A stretch of DNA of 64,000 bases. Origin: Eledone cirrhosa (taxonomy: Eukaryota). Numbering within the stretch: position 1 is the stretch's first letter; each line of letters opens with the position of its first letter. The stretch covers positions 10,974,001 to 11,038,000 of the forward strand of contig OZ024755.1 in the NCBI GenBank assembly GCA_964016885.1, in the 5' to 3' direction. The position numbers and the translations under genes were made by a program. Positions 1 through 14,511 of this stretch are shown here, piece by piece. The notes under the pieces were generated by a model, which saw only the letters and a list, made by a program, of their open reading frames with translations, had not been told where the DNA came from and did no database searches.

Positions 1-276
1 GGTGGTTGCCATAGTGGTGATGATGGTTTGTTGTGGTAGTAGTGGTTGTTGTTGTGGTAGTGGTGGTAGTGGTTGCCATAGTGGTGATGGTGGTTTGTTG
101 TGGTAGTAGTGGTTGGTGGTGATGGTGGCTGAGCGTGACTGGTATTTGTGGTGGTGATTTTTGTTTTCGTGGTTGTGGTGGTGATAGTGATTGGTGATGG
201 TTGGGTGAGGTATTGGTGATGATGGTGGTGTTGATGATGGTGATGATGGTGGTGTTGATGATGGCAATGATGGCGG
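1..276. repeat. (GGT/GAT)n low-complexity trinucleotide tract
   Basis: Degenerate ggt/gat/gtt triplets. Confidence 0.9.
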
Positions 277-741
277 TGGAAAAACGTGGAGGAGATTTGG
301 CCGTGCCTACACAAAAGCATCTTAGACCCTCTCTCTTCCTCCACCTTCTTGGCTCAGACACAGATTCTACTAATCCTGACTACCTACCAGAGAATAAACA
401 GCAGTTTAATTCCCGCTAGCTGCAGTCAGAGCTGGATTTAGCCTTGGGGTGGGTGCCAAACACAAAAGAAAAGTAGAATACACAGCAATCTCCCCAATTT
501 TAAATATCAAAGTTAGCTTGGAGCAAGTAATTGGAATTGAGAAGTTATACATATGGATATTAAAATGAAAAATTCTAACCATTCTAAAATATAAAGCGCA
601 GCTGAGGGAACAAATAACTTACTATAACCTTCGCTGGTAGCGCCTCCTACCGCAGCGGACCTGGGGCAATTGCCTTCTTTGCCTCCCATTAAATCTGGCC
701 CTAGTTGCAGTGGTCTTTTGGGTTTGTTAATGATCACTATG

Positions 742-772
<31 letters not shown>

Positions 773-821
773 ATGCATGTATGTATATATATGGGTGTTA
801 TACACACACACACACATATAC

Positions 822-893
<72 letters not shown>

Positions 894-1171
894 AAACATA
901 AATTATCGAGATTCGCATTTCGGCCCACGAAATAACGAAAAACAACCTCCGAGATGTGAGGCAAGTGCTCAATGGTTCAGATGAACCAGAGCTATAACAA
1001 ACGTTAAACGCCAAACGCACTGAGACGATGGTTAAACAATCATTCGCATAGCCAAAAAAAACGATCAAGTAATTCGGGTATTGACAAAGGCTAAAGGGTC
1101 ATCTCTCCCGGTGATGTTTTGTACTGGGATACATGTTACCAGTAGCACCAACTGGTGACCTGACATGTATA

Positions 1172-1230
<59 letters not shown>

Positions 1231-1339
1231 CAACGTTTGATGTGACAAGTAGTAGTTGAAGACTAATTAACCAGTTAAAGATGTTAAATCTAACAACAGT
1301 AAATTTATGTAGACGACACCTTTAAGTGTAGCACTTCTT

Positions 1340-2340
1340 GTTACCGTTGCTGCTGTGGTTGTTGCTGTTGTTGTGGTTGCTGCTGCTGCTGCTGCGGACA
1401 TGAGTATCTATATTGCGCTTGTTGTTGATTTTTATTTTGTGTTATTATAGATATTGTTGTTGTTGTTTGGTGTTCATTCTGTCGCTCTTACTGTTGTTTC
1501 TGGTGGTGTTGTTGTCGTTGTGGTGGTGGTGGTGGTGGTGGTGTTATTTGTGTGTAAGGGGGGAGGTTAGATGGTGGTGCCGGTGGTGGCGGTGGCGGTG
1601 GTTGTGTTAGTGGTGGTGGTGATGATGGTGGTGGTGGTGGTGGTGGTGGCGGTGGCATTGGTGGTGGCGGCAGTGGTGGTAGTGGTGGTGGTGGTGGCGG
1701 CAATAGTGGTGGTGGTGCTGCTGGTGGTGGTGGTGGTGGTGGTGGTGGTGATAGCGGCAGTGGTGGTGGTGGTGGTGGTGGTGGTGGTGGCGGCAGTGGT
1801 GGTGGTGGTTCTGGTGCTGGTGGTGGCGGTGGTGGTGTTAGTGGTGGTGGTGGTGATGGTGCTCTCGGTTTTATTTAGGTTGGCGTTGGTGGTGATATTG
1901 TTGCTATAATTGTTGTTGTTCTAGTTGGTGTTGTTGCTACTATTGTTGTTGTTGTTGTTGTTGTTACTGATATTATTCTTGTTGGTGATTATATTTTATT
2001 CTATTTAATATTGTTGTTGTTGATCTAGGTGTTGGTGATGATGGCAGGGTTGTTGTTGGTGATGGCTTTGGTTTTAGGGCCAATGGTATTGGTGCTGGTG
2101 CTGGTGCTCGTGCTCGTGGTTGTGGTTGTGGTGGCGGTGACTACGACTGGTGTAGTGGTGGTGGTGTTGGGAAGTGTTGGTTATGGTGATGTTGGTGGTG
2201 GTGGTGGTGGTGGTTTTTGGTATTAGTGAGGCTAGTGATGGTGTTAGTGATGGTGTTAGTGATGGTGTTTGTGGTGGTGTTTGTAGTGGTGTTATTGGGG
2301 CTGTTGGTGGTGTTGGTGGTGGCATTTGTTGTTGTTGCCT
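1340..2340. repeat. (GGT)n/(GTT)n/(GCT)n low-complexity block
   Basis: About 1 kb of degenerate triplet repeats; source of the poly-V/poly-P ORFs. Confidence 0.92.
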
Positions 2341-2535
2341 TTGGTATTAAGTGTGAAAAGACTTCATTAAATAAAGAACCAATTAATCAATAAGATACAT
2401 AAATAGACAATGAAATAAACTGGGATATAGGTCGTAACGATTAGAAGTACTTATTGGTTTACACACGGCCTTCTTTCCAATCATGATATATATATGTATG
2501 CAAGTAGGTTTGTATATATATATATATATATATAT

Positions 2536-2576
<41 letters not shown>

Positions 2577-2715
2577 TATGTATGTACGTATGTAAAAGTA
2601 TGTATATTTATGTGTATATATATATATAGTTGAAAATGTAGTTTGTGTGTGTGTATTTATATCAGTTTATAACTTTACGATTTTATATCGCACGTAAACA
2701 CTTTTATATCGCGTT

Positions 2716-2770
<55 letters not shown>

Positions 2771-3275
2771 ATGTAAGTATTCAGTTTTGAACTTCGGTAA
2801 CTATACAGACAACAATACCTTCCTTTCTGTTTCCTTTCTTTCTTTTCCAATGTCAGTCACTTTATGTATTGGTAAGACTAACTAGAGCAATAACAATAAA
2901 AATAACGGCAGTGAATCCTATGAAACTTCAAATAGAATAATAAAACACAACGGTAGTAATGTGTGAATGATTGGATAAGTGACTAAGTGCTGATAATAAC
3001 AGATAGTAAACAGTGAATTTGATAGAAATGTCAAAATGTCGGATAAAATACCTTGTGGTATTTATTACGACTTAGTGTGATTGGAGTTCAAATCCCACCA
3101 AGGCCAGCTTTGCTTTTCATCACTGCTTTGTCGATAAAAGAAATAACATTTCTGTCCATAGCCCGTGTGCTTCAACTATATATCTTAAAATCTCATGCAA
3201 GAGCCTCAAAATTAGGTCATAATTTTGATCTTTCTTGCAATTTGGAGATGTGATCAGTAGTGACTTTGCTTATTA

Positions 3276-3362
3276 ATAAGTCTAATGAGCAGATCGGGCT
3301 GGAGTCGGGTCCATAGCTTTTATATAGATCCTCAGTCACCCATCTGTGAAACGGTCATAACT
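3276..3362 (+). ncRNA. Degenerate hammerhead ribozyme-like motif in a Penelope-like remnant
   Basis: CTAATGA (3282-3288; G5>A) - long helix II gcagat..ggg.ctg / cag..ccc.atctgt - GAAA (3348-3351) - C-G-GTC; followed by AATAAA and a tail running into (TA)n at ~3488. Confidence 0.45.
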
Positions 3363-3481
3363 GAGTATAATTAATAAAGACCTTAATGTGAAACCTCGCT
3401 TTCTTTTCAATATATACACTCTGCCTCAGTATATAGTGCTGATTTTGATACCCGTCTCAGTAAACCACGAATCTACTGAAT

Positions 3482-3552
<71 letters not shown>

Positions 3553-3554
<2 letters not shown>

Positions 3555-3660
3555 CAAAGAAGGTGTGTTAAGATACCAGGTGGACCATAACGCACCAGAG
3601 TACTCGATACTTAGGGTAGTATAGTGGGTAATAGGAAAAGAGTCAGGACTCTTTTCCTAT
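3553..3660. mobile_element. Fold-back element family A, short copy in (TA)n
   Basis: Homologous to 19622-19798 (reverse) and 40818-40968; terminal hairpin ataggaaaagagtc / gactcttttcctat; TA repeats on both sides. Confidence 0.75.
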
Positions 3661-3685
3661 ATATATATATCGAGATAGAGAGAGA

Positions 3686-3716
<31 letters not shown>

Positions 3717-3728
3717 TGAGGGAGAGGG

Positions 3729-3950
3729 ATGACTTCTACAGGATTATAACTGTTTTATTGAAATCATCAGAAATGTACTGATGATTTTCATACATCCTGT
3801 TCATAATTCCATACGGATGAAACAATTTTTTTTAGTCCTGGAGAAGACATTTCTATAAGAAATAAATATGCTTATTCTCTAGTAACATATTGAGTACCAT
3901 ATTTAAGTGTTCTTTTTTTTCTGATCCCCATCGGAATACCATCCTCAATT
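3729..3950. mobile_element. Decayed fold-back element with CTGATGA..GAAAC..GTC remnants (family shared with ~51390-51550)
   Basis: Central hairpin gaaatcatcag / ctgatgatttt; arms atgacttctacagga / tcctggagaagacat; tail ends in (TA)n. Confidence 0.5.
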
Positions 3951-4512
3951 ATATATATATATATATATTACCATAGAGATAACAAAGATTTATCTCTCCG
4001 ATACAATATTGAAAAGAAAAGAAAAGATTTTTATGTAAGTATATTTCCATATTTTGTCAATCTAGTCGCAGGAGCGATTAATAGAAATGATTGCTATCGT
4101 GGGTAAAAGTAATATATTTATCTATGTAATAGCACCAATTATTTCATCTCTCCCACCAACAAAAATATCAAAAATTGTATTTCCATCACTAATATTCTAA
4201 TTTAGATAACTATTATTTAATACTTTTTATTTTTATTATTATCAACATCATCATCATAGCATAAACTATTAAGCTGGTTACATATTAGACTTTCTACAAT
4301 GTTCTCAGCCATCGTACGTCCTTTTTTGTTGCAAATGTTTAGTAATAAGAGAGATTAGTTTATTTTTTTTAGGGTTTTTTAGTGGTGGTGTGGGGGTATT
4401 AGATGTCTATCACTGAGTGCTGAAATAATATGCATTATTATACTTAGTTATTGATAATATATTCTTATTAATACATTTCATATTCACAGAACTTATACAT
4501 ATATATATATGG

Positions 4513-4621
<109 letters not shown>

Positions 4622-4678
4622 CCTTATCGAGTCCTCTTTGGATTGATTTTGGTCTTTGTATTTATTATTACTATATAT

Positions 4679-4720
<42 letters not shown>

Positions 4721-4738
4721 ATATATATATATATATAT

Positions 4739-4830
<92 letters not shown>

Positions 4831-4849
4831 ATATATATATATATGCATG

Positions 4850-4894
<45 letters not shown>

Positions 4895-4989
4895 ATATAT
4901 ATATATATACATGTATGTATATATATATACATGTATGTATATATATATATATATATATATACGCATGTATGTATATATATACATATATA

Positions 4990-5147
4990 ATTGGTGTTGG
5001 ATGCTTAAAGCGTCCGTATGCGGTAGGCCGTATGAGCACTCGATGCTCTCATTGAGCAGAGTATGATATCACAGAAAAAAAGAGAATCATTGTTGCGACG
5101 AATGGAATATGGAATAATATGTCCAATAAATTCCATTCGTCGCAATA
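4990..5147. mobile_element. Fold-back element between (TA)n tracts
   Basis: Perfect 16-bp inverted repeat ttgcgacgaatggaat (5093-5108) / attccattcgtcgcaa (5130-5145); left arm extends ~100 bp further; TA flanks. Confidence 0.6.
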
Positions 5148-5173
5148 TATTATATATATATATATTATATATA

Positions 5174-5259
<86 letters not shown>

Positions 5260-5595
5260 CCGCTCGTATTGGTGACAAAATATATAAATATATATAGTTT
5301 GATTGTTTTTTTGTTTTTGTTTTTTGAAAGGTTATTAAGAGATTGTAATAAAATCTCTTTCGAATCTTTAGGTGACATATTCATTCGTATAATTTTGTCA
5401 TATCGTTTTAGTTAATTCGTATATTTCTGTGTCTTTGTTTACACAGCGCTGTTGGAAGTTTATGTGTGTTTGTATCTGTATGCGTGTGTGTGTCTGTGTG
5501 AGTGTGTCTGTGTGTGTTTGTGTGTGTGTGTTGGCAATATTTCTTTGTGGCACAACCCATATCCTATCTTAAAGAATATTTCTCATTTATCACTT

Positions 5596-5655
5596 TATCA
5601 CGACGCAATATATAATCATGACGCAATATACAATCACGACGCAATATATAACCAC
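5596..5655. repeat. 18-bp tandem repeat x3 (cacgacgcaatatataat)
   Basis: Three consecutive near-identical units. Confidence 0.9.
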
Positions 5656-6146
5656 CCATTTTTTCTCACATTGTTCCTTCCCTCCTCATCCTGTTTTATT
5701 TCAAAGATATTTGTTGACGTATAGAACAAACAATGTGAAAAAATTAGTTTTCTTTGAATTAAAAACACCTGCCTGCTGTGATTATGACATATTGTCTATT
5801 CGACTACAGTGGGATTCAAACCTAGATTGCAGAGAACTGGAACATATATCGAGGTATTTAATCCGAGGCTCTAATGACTTTGCCAGTTTAGAGCCATAGT
5901 AAGAGTTATCCTTCCGCATTCTGTAACATTCCTTCTCTACAGATTTCAATGTAATTGTAATAAATTAGTTTTAACTGAGAATCCCCAACTGTTTATTAAG
6001 CCACATCAACATGGTGCTCATATTATTTCTTCTGCAGTATTTCAGATATTTTCTGCATTATTTATAGGATATTACACAATCTGTTTAATCCTTTATGTTT
6101 AGAGTCAGACTGTAGAAATTCTTTTATTAATGCCTCCAATTACTAT

Positions 6147-6262
6147 AATTGTTTCTACTTTAGGCACAAGGACAGCAATTATCCAGTGAATTACTGGTAC
6201 TTTATTTTATCGACCCCGTAAGGATGAAAGGCAAAGTCAACCTCGGCGAGATTTGAACTCAG
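6147..6262 (-). mobile_element. SINE family 1, 5'-truncated
   Basis: Reverse complement of the tctgagttcaaat..gccgaggttgactttgcctttcatccttacggggtcgataaaataaagtaccagt..ccttgtgcctaaagtagaaacaatta consensus seen many times in the window. Confidence 0.88.
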
Positions 6263-7069
6263 ATAATAATGATGGTGATGGATCCTCTTCCGTCGATTTC
6301 AACGATGAACATTCAGTCGTTCGATCAACTGAATATCCTAATCGCTAATGAACTTGTAAGTGGTTACGTATTCCACGGACATGTATATCTTCATGTAGAA
6401 TCAGTGTGACATACTATATCGCATGGTTGGTTATTTGAATTCCATGTACAAATCCCTGCGACGAGATTTCAAATTCAACATACAAATCTTGGGTATATCT
6501 GAAGCTATAGTAAAGATACACTTGCTCAAAATGCTAGGAATGGTTGTTATAGTATTAAAATGTCTCCGAATTATTTCAAAATTAGTGTAAGATAGTTAAA
6601 GTATCAGGGTTTTGGGGGGGTTTTTGTCATTCTCAAAGGCAAAATATTTCGTCAAGTAGAGCTGCAGCATGTTTATGGCCAAACATATATCTCGTTCTCT
6701 TCTCTGTAACTATTCCCAATACTGCATTGCCTATTTACAGTTAAGGAAGATTGTACATTTGACAGTTACCCCTTTCGTTGTTATATTTTGAAAGATTTAA
6801 TAATGTAGCTACATTTTTCTTTATCAAACTGGTGTTTGGAAAATAACTTAACAAAAGTTCTGCCATAAAATAACGGTGAAATTTTTTTATATAAATATAT
6901 ACAGTTTTGTATTGTAGAACCAGGGGCAGTTTCGTATCACGGATGTTATCCATAGTGTCAACATAGTCCCTCTGACTGGATACATACTCTTGTACCTTTC
7001 TTTCCTTCAAAGTTTTAACCAAATTATCGTCTGTTTATACAACGTCGTCTGCTTGAAACATGAAGATAT

Positions 7070-7750
7070 CTGTCTTCTGTGTTTGTGTGTATATGATGAA
7101 AGTATGTACTATAGTGTGTGAGAGAGTATTTCTGTTTGCCTATGTAAATGTATGTATATGTATTTACGATTGAACGTAAGTGCATGTGTGTAAGTATGTA
7201 TGCGAGGATGTGAGAGTGTATGTCTGTGTATAAGTATGTACGTGAGAGTATGATGGAAATATGTATGTCTGTATATGTGAGTGTACGTGTGTAAGTGTGT
7301 ACACGATGTTGTGAGGGGTATGTTTGCCTATATGAGTTTATATATGGTGTATGTACAATGGAGTGTGAGATTGTATGTCTGTTTGCCTATGTGAGTATGT
7401 ATGTGTATGTAAGTATGCAGGACAGAGTGTTAGGAAATGTGTTTGTGTATGTGAGAGTGTATGTATGTAGCGTATGAACGAATGTGTGCGTATTTGCCTG
7501 TTTGAGTGTGTATTCCTTTGCCTATGTGAGTGTGTATGTAGCTGTTTGTATGAATGTGTATTTATTTGCCTGTGTAAGTATGTATTCGTTTGCCTATGTG
7601 AGTGCGTATGTAGTGTAAGTATATAGGAAAGTGTGAGTGTGTATGTATGTAGTGTAAGTAAGTAGGAGAGAGTATGTGTGAGTGTAAGTAAGTAGGAGAG
7701 TGTATGCGTGTGTATGTATGTATGTAGGAGAGTGTATGTGAGTGTGTAAA
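7070..7750. repeat. Degenerate GT-rich minisatellite (tttgcctatgtgagtgtgtatg units)
   Basis: Motif tttgcctatgtgagt and variants recur about 7 times within TG/TATG repeats. Confidence 0.7.
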
Positions 7751-7939
7751 ACAACTTCTAACAAACACTCAACAACGTAGTCTTTGTGTCAGACATTTCA
7801 AGAGATATTATTATATATTAGACATCAACAGACGTATGAAGCATGTGAGCAAACTAATTGTCGCTGACCCAAAATTTCATAATTACTTAAGAATTTAATT
7901 AGTAAAACCAGTTGAGTGTCTTCGTTTAGGTTAGATGAG

Positions 7940-8882
7940 AAAGTTAACGAGAGACAGCTAGACAAATGGATAGAGACGAACAAGAAGATGATAATAGAGG
8001 GATAGAGGAATAGTAGTAGAATAGAATGGTAGACAGGGGCAAGAGAAAAGACGAACAAAAATATGATAATAGAAGAATAAAGGGATAGAATGAGAGACAG
8101 CCTAGGAAAAAAGATGAACGAGTAAGGGATAATGGTGGGATAGAAGGAGAGACAGGGCAGGAGAAAAGACGAACAAGAAGGAGATTATTGAAGAATAAGA
8201 ATATTGGGATAAAATGATAGAAAACGAGGGAAAAGAGGGTGAAAAGGTAGAAGGATAGATATAGGTCGAATGATAGGATAGATATAGGTCGAATACCCAA
8301 TTGAGAATGAAAGAGATATAAGGAAAGATAGAGATCAGGAAGTAAAGAAAGTATAGAAATAGATTGAGAGAAAGAAAGAACTAAGGAAAGGAATATAAAT
8401 AAACTGAGAGAAGGAGAGAGAGAACAGACATAGACAAGTGAATGAAAAATGACTGAATGAGATATAATGAAAGAAAGATAGTGATGAGAAAGAAGGGAAT
8501 AAGCAGATTGAATGAATGAGAGTGAATGAGATAAATAATATGAATGAAAGACATGGAGTTAAAGAGATGCAGATGAAAAAAAACTCTGAAAGAAAGAAAG
8601 AGAACAGGAATAACCACGACAGGTAGAGAGTGAACGAGGAGAGAGAAATATGTCGATCAAGAGTGAAGGAATTAAAGGGAGTGAGAGGAAGAGAGGAACA
8701 GACCAAGTTAAAGACAGACCGTCAGTAAGTGAATGAGAGAAAGGGAGCAAGTTAAAAAGGGAGAGGGGCAGAGAGAAAAGGGACAAGACCGAAAGAAAGT
8801 GAGAGAAAAAAAGGCTGTTAAAAAGAGAAAGTGGGGAGAGAGAGAGAGCAATAAGAATAGACTAGGAGATAGAGAGCTTGTT

Positions 8883-8945
<63 letters not shown>
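7940..8945. repeat. Purine-rich low-complexity tract ending in (GA)n
   Basis: About 1 kb strongly A/G-biased on the + strand. Confidence 0.85.
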
Positions 8946-8948
<3 letters not shown>

Positions 8949-9269
8949 GCTTCAGTTCAACAACAATAACAATAACAATAGTAATAAGACCAACATAAAA
9001 CAACAATACTAAAATATATATAATATAAAAAAAACTACAATACAAACATCTTAGAACAACCAAACGTCTTTACTGATGAATGTTCTGTAACTAATTGTGT
9101 TTACTGATGACGGCGGTGTTGTAGTTGTTGTTGTTGTTGGTGGTGGTGGTGGTGGTGATGGTGTCGAATATGGTGGTGGTGTTACTGGAGGAGGAGGAGG
9201 AAATGAAGGTGTTGGAAGTGATGGAGGAGTGGTTAAAAAATGTGCTACTTAATTATGAGATTCCCCTTG

Positions 9270-9545
9270 GCCTTTTACGTTCTGAGTTCAAATCCTGCCG
9301 ACGTAAGCTTTGCCTTTCATCCTTACGGGGTCGATAAATAAAGTACCAGTAATGCACTGGGGTCGATTTAATTGACTTTCCCTCCCCAAAAACTGTTGGC
9401 CTTATACCTAAATCAGAAATCATTATTATTATTATCATCGCCGAGGTTAACTTTGCCTTTCATCCTTACGGGGTCGATAAAATAAAGTACTAGTAATGCA
9501 CTGGGATAATTGCTGGCCTTGTGCCAAAAGTAGAAACAATTATTA
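9270..9545 (+). mobile_element. Two tandem 5'-truncated SINE family 1 copies
   Basis: ttctgagttcaaatcc..cctttcatccttacggggtcgataa at ~9280 and again from ~9437, each ending in an (ATT)n tail. Confidence 0.88.
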
Positions 9546-9562
9546 TTATTATCATCATCATA

Positions 9563-9710
9563 ATAACTGTTTCTACTTTAGGCACAAGGCCAACAATTTC
9601 AAGAGGAACGGAAAGTCGATTAAATCGACCCCAGGGCGTTACTGGTACTATATTTTATCGACTCTGTAAGGATGAAAAGCAAAGCTAACCTCGGTGGGAT
9701 TTGAACACGG
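9563..9710 (-). mobile_element. SINE family 1, inverted relative to the adjacent copies
   Basis: tgtttctactttaggcacaaggcc..ctggtact..aaggatgaaaagcaaagctaacctcgg..gatttgaac. Confidence 0.85.
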
Positions 9711-9865
9711 AATAATTATTATTATTATTATTTCTTTATATGAAAGCGGTGTGGATCGTTTATGACGTCAGAAAGAAAGTGATGTCGATAGACTTTAAAA
9801 AAGACTTTTAATCGCAAGTCTCTCAATACTATCTATCTATCTATCTTTCTTTCTTTCATACACAC

Positions 9866-9936
<71 letters not shown>

Positions 9937-10767
9937 CACTATATTTCTTCCTCAATAACAACATTTTACACCTCCCCTTTTCGCCCCTGTTTATATTTAT
10001 GTGTTTAAAGTTGTTGTTTTGGGGAGAGAAATACAATAAGAGATAGAGAGAGTGTGTGTGAAAGATAGATAGATAGATAGCTAATGAAATGTGTCAATTA
10101 GTTATTATGACGTCACTGTATTGTTTAATCTTCAACGAGAAAGTCAATCTAAACATTATTTGAACAATTTACGAAGGTACGTGCATGATTAACAAATATT
10201 TTTACCGTCAGCGTAGTGATAGATTTTTACTAGTAATAATAGTTTTTACTAGTAATAATAATAATAACAATCGTTAAGTTGATTGTGTTTTGTTCTGTTA
10301 ATACTACCATATCTTTCTGATTAGTCTGTTCAATCACTGCCATGTTTGTTTCAGTTACCATAACTCTTATTTCTTAAATAAGGTGTTTCAGAATCTTAAA
10401 TGAAAGATAGTTAGTTTGCTAATATCGCCATTTATATATAAATAAATGACATTCATTGATGTTCGTGTTCTTTACGTAAAATTTTAATCTAACACCGTTT
10501 TCACTCGTTCTCTTTATTGTTATAAATTAATTAAAGTTCCTCTCATTTTCCTTTCGATGTGGACTATTTAATATCGATGTTCTACGTTCTAGCATTGTTG
10601 TGTAATAAGTTATGGTTGTGAATGAAAGACTTGAGTGTATTCATTTTTAATTAACTTTAACACGTTTAGTATTATCCATTTAAAAAGAACTGGCTACAAA
10701 TCATGTTTTCGTCCTTCGAACATTAAACATTAACATTCACTCGCAACATTTTACAAACTAACTCCGA

Positions 10768-10806
<39 letters not shown>

Positions 10807-11188
10807 TACACAGACGCATACACACGTATACATGCACATACACACATGTGTGTATTATTATGCGCCATGTGTATTATTATACTGGATTATTCAACATAAT
10901 CACGGTAATTCTTCTACACAAGATAGATTTGGACGCACTGGGGATCGGATTATCGACGCAGGGACTAAATTTGTTTTAAGCTGGTCACTATCTCAGAATA
11001 TTTATTCTAATCCCTCATTATTCTGAGCTCTCGTTACTCTAAAGCCAAACCTGAAAAACCATTATTCCGTGTTCGACAGCGAAAGTACTTAATAGGATAC
11101 CAGAATAGGTATAGTGGAATCTTGTCTGCCCATTACAATAAAGTCTTTATACCATAATATGTAACTAGTCTTTAATACATACATTTAT

Positions 11189-11266
<78 letters not shown>

Positions 11267-11271
11267 ATGTG

Positions 11272-11345
<74 letters not shown>

Positions 11346-11350
11346 ATGTG

Positions 11351-11413
<63 letters not shown>

Positions 11414-11788
11414 TATCATAAAAGAGAGAGAGAGCGAAAGAACAAGATTACATTGAATTTGACAGGCTAAAGTAGGCAGCTCGACCAATCTTAAACTTAA
11501 CAAAAAACTGAGGCAGAAATGATTGCCTACGGTGGAACATATACAGATGATATCTAAAATGGCGACATAAGATATTTGCGATCAAATATAGGGTACAAGA
11601 GTTTTGTAATTATATACGAAAGTTCTAAATCAATAGTGTGGTAGTTTTTTGTTGTGCTTTTCTTCTTTTTATTATTATTTTGGTATCAAATGTATTTTGA
11701 GTTCTGCATCGTTTGTATGCTATTGTATGAATTAACTCACTATATATACGTTTGTCTATAACATGAACTCTCTTACTGCCCTCATATA

Positions 11789-11853
<65 letters not shown>

Positions 11854-12191
11854 ATACATACATACATGGTGGCTGCCAACTCGTTTTCGAGTACGGCCAC
11901 TACTTTATATCCATGTAGGAGAACCCCTACCGATGCGCTGAACGAGTGTGACTTTTTAGTCCAGCCAGCGACTTGAAAACTCTGGTACAAACACTACACT
12001 TATGACAATTATTGACACATAGGGCTGGGCCCATGGTACCATGTGACGACAAGTGCAGAGAGATCTCCAGATATAAAGCAATGCCTGTGCCGTGAAGCTT
12101 TTATAGTGAGCAAAGGCACACACAGATACAGATAAAAGTTACAGATACATACATACATACATACATACATACATACATACTCATACACACG

Positions 12192-12222
<31 letters not shown>

Positions 12223-12604
12223 CATTATATTACATTACATTACCGTTTGACCTCAACGTTCATCCGAAATGCTCCGATGTCTCATAAAGAAAACTGAAGA
12301 GATCCGTTTCCTTGTTGCTATTTGTCGTCGATGTATCATGTGGATTATATATAGTTTATTTTTGAAATTTTATACATATTTGTTTTTTTTCTGAGTTTTC
12401 ACTATAAGTACGTTGTTTGTTGTTTTTCCGTGCATTTTTATACTTAACATTTCTACAGTCGCCATCTTGTCTGCATTTTAATAGCTAGAACGACTACGAT
12501 TAATAACAAAATTTATCACTCCACTTCACACCAGTCGACGCGTTTCATTTAGAGGAAATTATATATATAAAAAATGTGTGTATGTGTGTATGTACGTAGG
12601 TGCT

Positions 12605-12654
<50 letters not shown>

Positions 12655-12774
12655 GATACAGATAGAAGTTAGATACAGATTCACATATGTATTGAAGTTT
12701 GAAATGAAATGATAGACAATTATATATTGACATAACCAAATATATGTGTCGATGTATGTGTGTATGTATGTATG

Positions 12775-12822
<48 letters not shown>

Positions 12823-12886
12823 TATGTATACACACACTTATCTATATATATCTATATATACATATGTATATATATATATGTATATA

Positions 12887-12976
<90 letters not shown>

Positions 12977-13372
12977 GTATACACGCATACACATATAAGT
13001 ATATACTGGGTATAGTTTGAAGATTAAAGTGGACGCATATCATACATATAAACTAATGTATAACTAAAGAGACAGATATCTGATATTTTCGAATGATTGA
13101 ATATAGAGACATTTTAGATTAGGTGTAATGCGGAATTGAATCGTCCATACCCGCAGCATAATCCATATTCAAAAGCCTATAAAGAACCATTTGTACATAC
13201 ATATTTATAAACACACACATACGGTCTGGTGTACGTTTGGATAAATGTATAAATATATATGTGTGTATGTATTTATATATAGGTGTGTATATATATGCTT
13301 ATACATGTATGTGTGTGTATGTACATATATAGAGAGATACAGAGATAGACAGATAGTTAGATAGATAGAAAG

Positions 13373-13445
<73 letters not shown>

Positions 13446-13497
13446 TATAGATAGATAGATAGATAGATAGAAAGATAGAAAGATAGATAGATAGATA

Positions 13498-14198
13498 AGT
13501 TTCTTTTATTTGCCACTAGGGCATCAAAAGTGGGACAAGTACAAAGGGGGGAGTTTACACAAAAAGGCGTCCTCAATAAGGAGGAGGCAATAACAAAATA
13601 TAAAAATAAAATAAGATATAACAAAAAATAAAATTTTTAACAAAATCCTCAATAGAGAGGAGGCGCCTTGGGGGGTCGCACACACCCCCGAAAAAAGTGT
13701 GCAACCCTTTTCCTCAGGAGCACAGAGAGGGGGTGCTCCCTCGTTCCTTCCTCTTTTCCACCTACAGGCTTATGTAAAGAGAAGGCCCATTCACACGGGC
13801 CATTCTCGCCACTTTCACCCACCTTTCATAAAAACGACTGGGGTGCAGCACCTCTCTCTCCATCCTGATCCTTCTTCCGAAATGATATCGGAAGAAACGG
13901 ACCAGTTGTTGGCCAGAGAGAAAGGTGCCTGACCTCAGTCCTTTCAGACGCGTCCACCATACAACCTCTTTCGCCATGGCTATTACGCACAGAAACACCG
14001 CCTCTGCTTCATCTTTGAAGGGGGGAGGCGGCTTGATCATTACAATAGACTCGGTGGTCAACCGGATCGGTCCCACCCTTGACAGCAGTTGTTCGACATA
14101 GCCCCACAGATCGGCTACGCCCGAGCAGTGTACCAATGCGTGTGCAACGGTTTCCTCGTCGCACACGCATCTGGGACAGATCTTTTTGGCGGGGTCCC
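13498..14198 (-). mobile_element. Tx1/L1-clade non-LTR retrotransposon, 5'-truncated (ORF2 C-terminal Zn-knuckle region + 3' UTR) within (GATA)n
   Basis: Open frame PAKKICPRCVCDEETVAHALVHC...W.YVEQLL..AKEVVWWTR..F.ERW (CxxC..ET..H...C zf-RVT-type motif), stop at 13762, 3' UTR with AATAAA; (GATA)n on both sides. Confidence 0.88.
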
Positions 14199-14223
14199 TA
14201 GATAGATAGATAGATAGAAAGAT

Positions 14224-14329
<106 letters not shown>

Positions 14330-14421
14330 ATAAATAAATCGATAGCTAGATAGATAGACAAATAGACAAATTCATATATATATATATAGAGAGAGAGAGA
14401 GGGAGAGGAGCAAAGGTGTAG

Positions 14422-14511
<90 letters not shown>

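Noticed and set aside
890-1165. Island between TA tracts with small hairpins as a hammerhead element
   Set aside because: No CTGANGA or TTGANAA correctly placed relative to GAAA on either strand; only short stems.
9070-9112. Two CTGATGA motifs (also isolated ones at ~14563, 22441, 37778, 56345, 60018, 60798)
   Set aside because: No helix II plus GAAA..UH arrangement; expected by chance.
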